From NCBI GenBank assembly GCA_020348985.1, contig CP070761.1, positions 1,631,565 to 1,651,126 of the forward strand: DNA of 19,562 nucleotides, read 5' to 3'. Below, one piece after another: positions 1 to 7,813 of the stretch. The translations under genes and the position numbers were made by a program. Positions within the stretch are counted from its first letter, which is position 1. Each line of letters begins with the position of its first letter. The notes beneath the pieces are model-generated. The model was not told where the DNA came from and did not search any database. It saw only the letters and a program-made list of their open reading frames with translations. The DNA is from Candidatus Thorarchaeota archaeon. Its GTDB lineage: Archaea > Asgardarchaeota > Thorarchaeia > Thorarchaeales > Thorarchaeaceae.

Positions 1-160
1 TGCGGATGTCATGTCGAGCTTTCTTGTGCAAGTCAGAGAAATCCAGCATGAGCCTAGGTCATTGAAAGAACGCCAAAACTGTTTCCATCAGAATGGCGCT
101 AGATTCCACAGCTGTCGTTATCATCAAAAGGGGTTGCGATTAAATGTGGTTTGTATTGCC

Positions 161-838
161 TTGGGAAATAATGGAATTGGCACACTCAAAGAGAAGTCAC
201 TTCATGCTGACATCAAGAAATGGTACGCTCAACCAGGGGACCAGTTCGAGGTTCCTGTTGACGGTTTCATCATAGACATTGTTCGTGACAACCTTCTCAT
301 TGAGATACAAACAAGTAACTTCTCATCAGTGAAAGAGAAGCTCCGTGCTCTTGTTTCGAAGCGCCACGTCCGACTTGTTCATCCTATCTCAACTGAGAAT
401 TGGATAGTACGCGAATCGCTGAATGGCAATTCAATAATCGGTCGAAGAAGATCTCCGAAGAGGATGTCAGTTTACGACATGTTTGACGAGCTCGTGAGCA
501 TTCCCGATTTGATGAGAAACCAGAATTTCGAGCTCGAAATCCTCTTGATAAAGAGCGAGGAGACTCGTCGGAGAGATGGCAAAGGAACTTGGAGAAGAGG
601 CGGTTGGAGCATCTATGACAAGAAGCTGCTTGAAGTTGAGTCCACCAAGCTATTCCGAAGCAACTCTGAATTTGCCTCCCTGGTTCCTGAGGAACTAGAA
701 CGTCCCTTCACAACCACAGATCTTTCATTCGCCCTGGGCATCTCAAAGCGAATCGCGCGCAAGATGGCATACAGTCTGAGGAAGTCAGGCACACTAGTAC
801 AAGTGGGTAGGCGAGGAAACGCGATTCTCTATGAATGA
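161..838 (+). CDS. Uncharacterised PD-(D/E)XK nuclease-fold protein with C-terminal wHTH-like segment
   Basis: IGTLKEKSLH...EVPVDGFIIDIVRDNLLIEIQT gives the E...D...ExQ pattern. C-terminus FTTTDLSFALGISKRIARKMAYSLRKSG...VGRRGNAILYE is HTH/wing-like. The ORF is open from 11; TTG at 161 was chosen because the recognisable part starts there. Confidence 0.65.
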   Translation: MGNNGIGTLKEKSLHADIKKWYAQPGDQFEVPVDGFIIDIVRDNLLIEIQTSNFSSVKEKLRALVSKRHVRLVHPISTENWIVRESLNGNSIIGRRRSPKRMSVYDMFDELVSIPDLMRNQNFELEILLIKSEETRRRDGKGTWRRGGWSIYDKKLLEVESTKLFRSNSEFASLVPEELERPFTTTDLSFALGISKRIARKMAYSLRKSGTLVQVGRRGNAILYE

Positions 839-860
839 GTCCGGATTTGCCATGTGTTTG

Positions 861-1733
861 CTAGGATAGGATCTTGCGGAATCGAACTACCATGTCTTCG
901 TGTTCTGGATAGTACTTGTCTTCTAGGAACTGCAGGGCATCGGCATACTGCTCTCTTGCTGAACCGACCTCCAATTCGGCACCTAGACCCGGCGCAATCT
1001 CAAGCAGATTGGAACAATGTCGAATTCGGGCATTCTCAGAGACCCTCGAGATGCGCAGGTCCCATACTGAGAGTTGTTCAACATAGTCAAGATTCTCTTC
1101 AATCAAGACTCTAGCTCTACTTGGAGGATCATGACTCGGAACATAACAGCCCCAGTCCATATCCAGGTAACTCTTAAGGGTCGTTGCGTAGCTTGTCAGG
1201 TCGGAAGAGAAGAGAAACGGAATAGGTGATTCCACATTGTCACCTACAAAGAGAATTCTGTCTTCTTTGTCAAAACAAGATGCAGAGTCAGCCGAATGAC
1301 CTGGTGAGTGGAAGAACTCAACACCGTCTCTAGAGAAGAAACGGCTTGTCTCGAAAGAATCTGTGGGCAGTAATATCCTTACTTCACCCTTCATATGGCT
1401 ATTGTATCTCTCCAATGCCTCAGCACCTGAATTGAGAATCTCATTCTTGCATTGAGTAGTGGCAAGTATGATTTCATCTTCGAAAGCACAGTTTCCCCAG
1501 ATATGATCATAATGATGATGCGAGTTAAAGACAACAATGGGCTTTGTTGAGGCTTCAATCTCTCTGACGTAGGTCTTGATATGATCCATCGACTTAGGGC
1601 CACAGAAAGTATCACAGATGAAAATGTGATCAATGGAATTGATTACGTAGACGTTGGTGAGATATGGGTCATCAAACTCAAACACAGCACCGCGATTGCC
1701 AACATCCAGTATTCTCATTTCATTGCATTCCAT
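861..1733 (-). CDS. Metallo-beta-lactamase-fold hydrolase (glyoxalase II/cyclase-like)
   Basis: Motifs ICDT, SHHHYDHIWGN (HxHxDH), PGHSADS, LFVGD, PSHD. Start uncertain (1739/1733/1718). Confidence 0.9.
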   Translation of the reverse strand: MECNEMRILDVGNRGAVFEFDDPYLTNVYVINSIDHIFICDTFCGPKSMDHIKTYVREIEASTKPIVVFNSHHHYDHIWGNCAFEDEIILATTQCKNEILNSGAEALERYNSHMKGEVRILLPTDSFETSRFFSRDGVEFFHSPGHSADSASCFDKEDRILFVGDNVESPIPFLFSSDLTSYATTLKSYLDMDWGCYVPSHDPPSRARVLIEENLDYVEQLSVWDLRISRVSENARIRHCSNLLEIAPGLGAELEVGSAREQYADALQFLEDKYYPEHEDMVVRFRKILS

Positions 1734-1875
1734 ACTCAATTCTTCTCTGTCTGGTCTCGCTGAGATTCATGTCGCAAATAAGAGTAATCCCCAATGAGCT
1801 GCATGTTCCAAGAGTGACGTCCTCAGGCATAGTCTTATTTGCCAGACAAATACCGCAGACTAACTCTGTTAATCG

Positions 1876-3366
1876 ATGTGGCGTCTATTGAGTGAATTCG
1901 GAGCAGACTCTCATGAGCCAGGCAATCCAGCAAAACCACCGGGACCTTACTTGATTGTTGGCGCGACGAGCTTCGGGGTTTTCCTCAGTGCCCTTGATGC
2001 CTCGATTGTCAATGTCTCTTTAGCAACCATGGCAGCAAGCTTTGGAGTTGATATCCCTGAGATTCAATGGGTTGTCCTATCATACCTTCTCGCTATCACT
2101 TCACTCATGCCCCTGATGGGAAAATTGGGAGATCGCTTCGGAAAGACGAAAGTCTTCCAGTCTGGAATGGTCATTTTCGTAGCAGGCTCACTTGCTTGCG
2201 CATTATCTCCGAGTTTGACGGTACTCGTGGCTTCCAGAGTTCTCCAGGCAATTGGTTCAAGTATGATGTCGGCGAACGGCCTCGCACTCGTAACATATTA
2301 CACAACTCCAGAGAACAGAGGCAGAGCAATAGGACTCAACTCAATAACACTTGCGGCGGCACTTGGACTAGGACCCGTCGTAGGTGGCATTCTCAGCGAA
2401 TTCTTCGGATGGCCAAGCATCTTCCTAGTCAATCTGCCAATAGGTTTCATTGGTTTCATTGTGGTTGCGAAAGTTGTTCCTGACACTGAGAAGATCCGTG
2501 AGACAAGGTTTGATGCGCTTGGGGCGGGACTCTTCTTTGCATTCTTATTCCTGCTTGTCTATTACGTTTCAATTGCTGTAGGATTGAGCCTTGAGGTTTC
2601 CCTCGTATTCATGGGTTCGATTGTCGCAGCATGCGTGGCACTTCTTGTGAGAGAGCAGAGATTCCCTGTACCAGTAATCCCAACTAGAGTCATGGCGGAT
2701 CGTAGGATTTCCGTCAGCATCTTTTCGGCACTTCTTGCTTACATGGCGATTGTACCAATCACGTTTCTGTTCCCATTCTTCCTTCAGAGAGGCCTTGGTT
2801 TTAGTCAATCAATAACGGGCATTATTCTGACCGCTCACCCTCTGGTCATTTCCATCGCAGGACCTGTTTCCGGATTCATTTCTGAAAGAGTGCAAGCTAG
2901 AATTCAGACAGTGATTGGATTGGCAATAGAGGTAGCAGGTCTCTTGTTGTTCGGTCTCGCAGTGCCCAACCTGCCATTCATGATTCTAAGTATTGTCGTG
3001 ATGGGTTCAGGTCTTTCATTGTTCTCAGTCGCCAATGGAAACTTCATCATGACTTCCGCGCCCAAGGAATACATGGGCGTAGTCAGTGCCCTTACCAATC
3101 TTGCAAGAACAACAGGATTCTCAGTTGCGACAGCCCTTGTAACTACTGTTTTCGGCTTCTTCCTAATACTCTTCGACCCAAACTATTCACCCGCAAACCC
3201 AGTGGACTTATTGTCGTATTCGGCGGCTTTCCAACTCGCAGTGTGGGTCTTCTGTGCGCTGGCACTGGTTGGTATGATCATCTCTGCTTTCAGAGGACTT
3301 AGCCCTGCAGAACACGAAAGAGTTGGAGAGCAGGCGAAGTCGTTAGAAGCCAAAAGAGTCTGCTAG
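1876..3366 (+). CDS. MFS transporter, DHA2 (EmrB/QacA-like, 14-TM) family
   Basis: LDASIVNVSL, WVVLSYLL, motif A GKLGDRFGKTK, motif C LGPVVGGIL, GWPSIFLVNLPIG; many hydrophobic helices. Confidence 0.93.
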   Translation: MWRLLSEFGADSHEPGNPAKPPGPYLIVGATSFGVFLSALDASIVNVSLATMAASFGVDIPEIQWVVLSYLLAITSLMPLMGKLGDRFGKTKVFQSGMVIFVAGSLACALSPSLTVLVASRVLQAIGSSMMSANGLALVTYYTTPENRGRAIGLNSITLAAALGLGPVVGGILSEFFGWPSIFLVNLPIGFIGFIVVAKVVPDTEKIRETRFDALGAGLFFAFLFLLVYYVSIAVGLSLEVSLVFMGSIVAACVALLVREQRFPVPVIPTRVMADRRISVSIFSALLAYMAIVPITFLFPFFLQRGLGFSQSITGIILTAHPLVISIAGPVSGFISERVQARIQTVIGLAIEVAGLLLFGLAVPNLPFMILSIVVMGSGLSLFSVANGNFIMTSAPKEYMGVVSALTNLARTTGFSVATALVTTVFGFFLILFDPNYSPANPVDLLSYSAAFQLAVWVFCALALVGMIISAFRGLSPAEHERVGEQAKSLEAKRVC

Positions 3367-4689
3367 GAACAAAAGTCTACTTCGGAAGTCCGGATGGCTG
3401 AGCGCATAAAGCTTCATACCAAGCTCACTTTCGAACATCATCTTCGTAGGATTTTCTCTCAGAATCTCAACAAGATCGATCAGCTCTTCCTTAGACAGTC
3501 TGCGGTCTCCATCATAGTCAACATCTCGCCAATCGACTATCAGGTCACCTACCTCCTCTGCTTCACTTTTCTGCTCCAAGCTTCGTTTCTTGAACAACTC
3601 GACTGCAGCCGGCGCAACTGTCTCTTCGATCATTCCGTCTGTGACTCCAAGACCATAGACATCACGCAAGTTTCGGAGTCTGGTTGTCAAGAAGATGGTT
3701 GGCGCCATCCTTCGTGCATTCTTTTCGTCGATGTGATCTAGAGGATAGCTCGCAATCATAGCTCGTAGTTCAGTATTCGTCAACGGGCTAATACGTTCCG
3801 GATCAAGAGCCACTAGCCACTTTATCTCATCAATCAACGCCGAAACAGCTTCAACTCGTTGACCAAGTCTTACCAGACCATTGATTGTCTCGACATGACC
3901 CACCGTCTCGGCTGCATGAATGTCACCTAGCAGTTCCGCATCACGTGATGCCTTTTGCACTAGAATCTTCGATAGAATCATCAAGAATCTGGAGAGTCCA
4001 AAGAAGGCAATCAGAACAAGTATCCTCAGTAAGGCAGTAATCGCATCAAACGATACGAGTAAGGATGTTGCTATGCCCAAGCCAATTCTGATGTAGATGT
4101 AGAGATAGACCACATCAACGAAGAAGGCAGGCATTCTCGAGAAGATGCTGGTCAGCGAATCCCTGTTTTTGATATGACCGACTTCATGTGCGACTATCGC
4201 ACGTACTTCTTCCGGGTGGAGGATGTCGAGGAGATTTGTGTGAAGAACAACTGTAGAGCCAACGAACGGCAAGCTGAAAGTGAACGCGTTGGGAAGTGGG
4301 GATTTCATCACATAGATTCTATCAACTCTCACACCACTCCGCTCCGCCAACTCCATGGTCCATTTCATTACGTCATCTTTGCTGTGCTTGCATTCCCATT
4401 CTTCACCCTCAGGATAAGCGGGATGGATTTGAAGCATGTCTGCATTCTGCAACATCCGTCTTGTGATGAAGTAGACAAGAACTATCTGGGTGAGGGCAAT
4501 CGTCAGGAAAAGTGAAGTTGATACTAGTGGATTGGAGCGCGAGAAATCCACTCCAACTATTAGAGGGTCACTCTCATTGAGTGTAAGAAGTGAGACAAAC
4601 GCAATCTGAATCACATCTAGTACTAGAAAGGCACCCAAAGCAATCCACTTGCTTTGCCTAACAGATTCGGTTGTTCTTGTCATGATCAT
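3343..4689 (-). CDS. M48 (HtpX/Ste24-like) membrane zinc metalloprotease with an EF-hand-like loop
   Basis: PNAF, EEVRAIVAHEVGH (HExxH, 4174-4188), SRDAELLGD (third ligand ExxxD), C-terminal SHPDFRSRL; TM helices. GGAG precedes ATG 4689. 3' end overlaps the MFS gene by 24 bp. Confidence 0.9.
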   Translation of the reverse strand: MIMTRTTESVRQSKWIALGAFLVLDVIQIAFVSLLTLNESDPLIVGVDFSRSNPLVSTSLFLTIALTQIVLVYFITRRMLQNADMLQIHPAYPEGEEWECKHSKDDVMKWTMELAERSGVRVDRIYVMKSPLPNAFTFSLPFVGSTVVLHTNLLDILHPEEVRAIVAHEVGHIKNRDSLTSIFSRMPAFFVDVVYLYIYIRIGLGIATSLLVSFDAITALLRILVLIAFFGLSRFLMILSKILVQKASRDAELLGDIHAAETVGHVETINGLVRLGQRVEAVSALIDEIKWLVALDPERISPLTNTELRAMIASYPLDHIDEKNARRMAPTIFLTTRLRNLRDVYGLGVTDGMIEETVAPAAVELFKKRSLEQKSEAEEVGDLIVDWRDVDYDGDRRLSKEELIDLVEILRENPTKMMFESELGMKLYALSHPDFRSRLLFLADSFGF

Positions 4690-4747
4690 ACCACTCCTTG
4701 GAATGGGTCTTAACCACACACTACTCACGCAAATCGAAAACAGCCCG

Positions 4748-5308
4748 CTACAAACCAGGTCTCAAGAAGCTTTCTACGGCTTGCTTGGCCCTCATTCGTG
4801 AATTGCTACCGGCATTGATGAATATCTCAGCAACACCCTCACCTGTCTTGGCACTTGTCAAGAAGAAGTCAAGAGAAAGCAGATCTGCCATTTGTTTGCC
4901 TTCCTCTGGCGTGATTGCTATTTTGTCTTCCAGGTCAATCTTGTTTCCAACCAGAGACCCCCCAAAAGGGTTCTCTGAAGGCATGCAGATGCCTTCCGTC
5001 AGATTTGTGTACCATTCAGCTACTTCTCTCAAGGAGCCCCGATTGGTGACGTCATAGACTAGAATGAGATGGTGAGCTCCTTTGTAGAATCGCCCACCCA
5101 AGCCACGAAAGGACTGCTGGCCACCCAAGTCAACAAGGCTAAGAACAACCTTGCCGTCCGGAAGTTCAAGTTGTGCTACGTTCATCATGACGCCAATCGT
5201 GGCGGAGTAGGTAGTTTCGAACTCTCCACCAAGATAGGCCTTAATCAACGAAGTCTTGCCTGAATTAGGAGGACCTGCAATCAGTGTCTTGAAGACCTCG
5301 GCAGACAT
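4748..5308 (-). CDS. Rab/Ras-like small GTPase
   Basis: G1 GPPNSGKTS, G2 YSATIG, G3 DLGGQ, RFYKGA, G4 NKID, G5 TSAK. No C-terminal CAAX/CC. ATG 5308 preferred over GTG 5350. Confidence 0.93.
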   Translation of the reverse strand: MSAEVFKTLIAGPPNSGKTSLIKAYLGGEFETTYSATIGVMMNVAQLELPDGKVVLSLVDLGGQQSFRGLGGRFYKGAHHLILVYDVTNRGSLREVAEWYTNLTEGICMPSENPFGGSLVGNKIDLEDKIAITPEEGKQMADLLSLDFFLTSAKTGEGVAEIFINAGSNSRMRAKQAVESFLRPGL

Positions 5309-5481
5309 ATCGACCACTCGTCCAAGTTTACAGTTAGCCCCGTGTCCCACTTATGAGCGTTGTTCGGGCGTTCTCGTGCATCGGTGTGATGCAATGCTTA
5401 GCGGGTATTTGTGCATTACTCTAGCTCATTTGAGACATGCCGTAAGTGTTTTAGAGGAGTCGAGCAAGGCTTCCAAACACG

Positions 5482-5949
5482 ATGGTAGATCTCAACGACA
5501 TCAGAAGTCGGACACAGTCAACAGCCCAATATGTTGACGGCATGAAAGAGAAGTACCAGCAAGAAGTATTAGAGAGACTGAGTGGCCTAAAGCTCGACAG
5601 AGATGCAGTGGAAGAGCTTGAATCCTACTCGGACGACGTTGTGGTCGTATACATAGGTGCAAGCTGGTGCAAGGACTGCAGGGCAGCAATACCCGTTCTG
5701 ATGAAGCTTGAGGAAGAGATTGGACTGGAGGTCAGAGTCTTCGGTACTGTGAAGACTGCGCCTCTTGATCCGGACAAGCAATGGGCCATTCCACCTTCGC
5801 CCCCTGAGGTTGACGAGTGGGGTACTACTGCAATTCCATGGATTGAGATATTCGACAAGAATGGCGAAAGAATCGGAACAATCATTGAGAAACCATGCAT
5901 AAAGCCAACTCTTGAGGGAGAGCTTCTCCACGTGCTCAAGCATAAATAG
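5482..5949 (+). CDS. Thioredoxin-family protein
   Basis: GASWCKDC active site, cis-Pro motif TTAIP, followed by GERIGTIIEKP. Confidence 0.88.
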   Translation: MVDLNDIRSRTQSTAQYVDGMKEKYQQEVLERLSGLKLDRDAVEELESYSDDVVVVYIGASWCKDCRAAIPVLMKLEEEIGLEVRVFGTVKTAPLDPDKQWAIPPSPPEVDEWGTTAIPWIEIFDKNGERIGTIIEKPCIKPTLEGELLHVLKHK

Positions 5950-5991
5950 CTCTCAGCTTCTTTCTAGCTTGGGTCAAGGGAGGACAACACA

Positions 5992-7302
5992 TTGGAGATA
6001 CCACTACTAACCAGATTCAGCGAAGGACTAAGACTTTTCTTCTCATCGAGGAGGCTCAGGTGGCTGATGCTCATCTTCGTCATTGGGGCTATCGTGGCAA
6101 CCATCATGGAAAGAACGGGCGCCTGGTGGGGAAGCGTTGGCCTGGGAATTGTGCCATTGTTCCTAGGTGGGATATTCCCGACATTCTTCCTTATTGCAGC
6201 ATTCCTTTCGTTGTTGGGCCTTCAGCGTTTCGTGGCTGATGAGGAATCCTATCTGAAATCAGTCACCTTATTCATTCCCCTCCTAATCGCAAGTTTCGCA
6301 CTGCTAATTGTTCTGTGGATAGCCTTCAGTTTGTTCCTGATTGTTTTCGTAATCATTGGGTTTCTTGGGTGGATAGTCTTCCAAGCATACTTGGCATCGA
6401 GTAGCAGCCTGAGATATGCCGAGATTGTCGAAGTGGTGTCAAGAAAGGGATACGTGAAGTTTCTATTCTACTTCTCGAACATCCTATGTTACGCGGTTAT
6501 CGTTGTATCTGCAATAGGCACAATCATCTTTGTCAATCCGGCAATCGTCAACCCAGCCGACCCTGGCTTCTCGCTAGCAACTCTCTTCCTAGCTGCAATT
6601 GGTGCCTTCTTTGCGTTCGGATTCAACTTCTTGAACGGCATGATCATTCTCAAGGAACGAAACAAACAGACCGCAGATGCCATAGCACTACTCGGCATAT
6701 TTGTGTCGTTCTACTCGGCATACTTCCTCTACAATGTTCTCAAGGGCCCGGACTTAGGCATAGACATTGTTGGGATTGCCGTGTCGATGTTCTTCCTTCT
6801 CTATGCATTGAGCAATGTGGGCCTTACAATAACAAGTCGAGCAGACTTGGATACCCGCTGGAAGATTTCGAGAGAGCTAGGTGCAACATTCACGTTCTTC
6901 CTAGCTTCAGGATACATGTACGTGACGACATTGTTCACTGTGATAATCACTGTTGATCCAACGTTTGCACAAGCAGTCGGAGACCTTGTGAAACTCTTAT
7001 TGTTCCCGGGAGTTGCGTTCCTTATGGAACTTCTCTACCTTCGAAGAGCAGGAAGGACTCCGCCAGCGCCAGAACCCGAGGAGACTCCAGAGGTCACAGT
7101 AGAGGAACCGCCAAAACCGGATGTTCTTGAGGAAGAGCCTGCTGAAGAACCGTATGTCAACGATGAGGTTCGATACGAAGAAGAAGAGATAGTCGACGCT
7201 CCGGAGACAGAGGAAGAACCTGTGTGGACCGACTCCAAGGATGAAACAGAGGACCTTGCATCCGATGAGGACGTTGGCTTCGACGAAGATTCTGAAAGCT
7301 AG
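5992..7302 (+). CDS. Polytopic membrane protein (about 10 TM) with long acidic, Pro/Glu-rich C-terminal tail
   Basis: 436-aa ORF, TTG start after GGAGG, repeated hydrophobic segments; the last ~80 aa are dominated by E/D/P. Confidence 0.85.
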   Translation: MEIPLLTRFSEGLRLFFSSRRLRWLMLIFVIGAIVATIMERTGAWWGSVGLGIVPLFLGGIFPTFFLIAAFLSLLGLQRFVADEESYLKSVTLFIPLLIASFALLIVLWIAFSLFLIVFVIIGFLGWIVFQAYLASSSSLRYAEIVEVVSRKGYVKFLFYFSNILCYAVIVVSAIGTIIFVNPAIVNPADPGFSLATLFLAAIGAFFAFGFNFLNGMIILKERNKQTADAIALLGIFVSFYSAYFLYNVLKGPDLGIDIVGIAVSMFFLLYALSNVGLTITSRADLDTRWKISRELGATFTFFLASGYMYVTTLFTVIITVDPTFAQAVGDLVKLLLFPGVAFLMELLYLRRAGRTPPAPEPEETPEVTVEEPPKPDVLEEEPAEEPYVNDEVRYEEEEIVDAPETEEEPVWTDSKDETEDLASDEDVGFDEDSES

Positions 7303-7344
7303 ACAGATATACACTGACCTCAAAGGACTACATCGTGATTTCTA

Positions 7345-7530
7345 ATGGAGAGGCGAAGAGCGACAGTAATCCTGCTGGTCGTTTGGCTGGTGTTCACATT
7401 CGTTGGCCTACTAGGATTCCTCTCACCGATAGATGACAGAGTCCTAGTTGTGGTTTGGATTGCGTTGCTGCTAGCAATTAGTGTCTGCCGATGTCAAGCG
7501 TATGAAGCCCATACCAAAGGTTTAGAGTAG
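7345..7530 (+). CDS. Small 2-TM membrane protein
   Basis: Basic N-terminus MERRR, two clear hydrophobic helices, co-oriented with neighbours. Confidence 0.6.
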   Translation: MERRRATVILLVVWLVFTFVGLLGFLSPIDDRVLVVVWIALLLAISVCRCQAYEAHTKGLE

Positions 7531-7580
7531 TCTTGCGTTTTTCTGTTATCCATTTTTGGGCCACTGCTTTGAACACATAG

Positions 7581-7618
7581 CTTATATTGAGAAGATACGT
7601 TCCGTAAATACGGAACGT
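7581..7618 (+). promoter_or_regulatory. Putative TATA box plus perfect inverted repeat (operator-like) over the predicted transcription start
   Basis: CTTATATT at 7581-7588; ACGTTCCGTA-AA-TACGGAACGT at 7597-7618 (10-bp perfect arms). Confidence 0.55.
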
Positions 7619-7804
7619 TCCGACGAATTCGCACGCTGAAACGGAAGCGTTGTGAACCACATGGAAATCAGCGAAGAAGTAATCGTGATTCGTCGGAATG
7701 GCCGACATAGGTTCAAATACTAACCAATCGAAGTCCTTGTGAGTCTATCTGATTTCACTAGAGGACTTGATATTCGTATTCCAGAAATGTAAATTCACTA
7801 GGAG
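7616..7804 (+). ncRNA. Putative structured 5' leader of the 809-aa surface protein gene
   Basis: 13-bp stem 7616-7628/7688-7700 with inner CGCTGA/TCAGCG; second stem 7731-7742/7755-7768; SD-like GGAG at 7801-7804. Confidence 0.35.
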
Positions 7805-7813
7805 AAAATATGA

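Noticed and set aside
4748-4790. Prenylation signal on the GTPase linking it to a CAAX protease role of the M48 neighbour
   Set aside because: The C-terminus is ...ESFLRPGL, with no Cys.
7706-7723. GGTTCAAAT resembling a tRNA T-loop
   Set aside because: No proper 5-bp T stem, acceptor stem or D/anticodon arms can be built.
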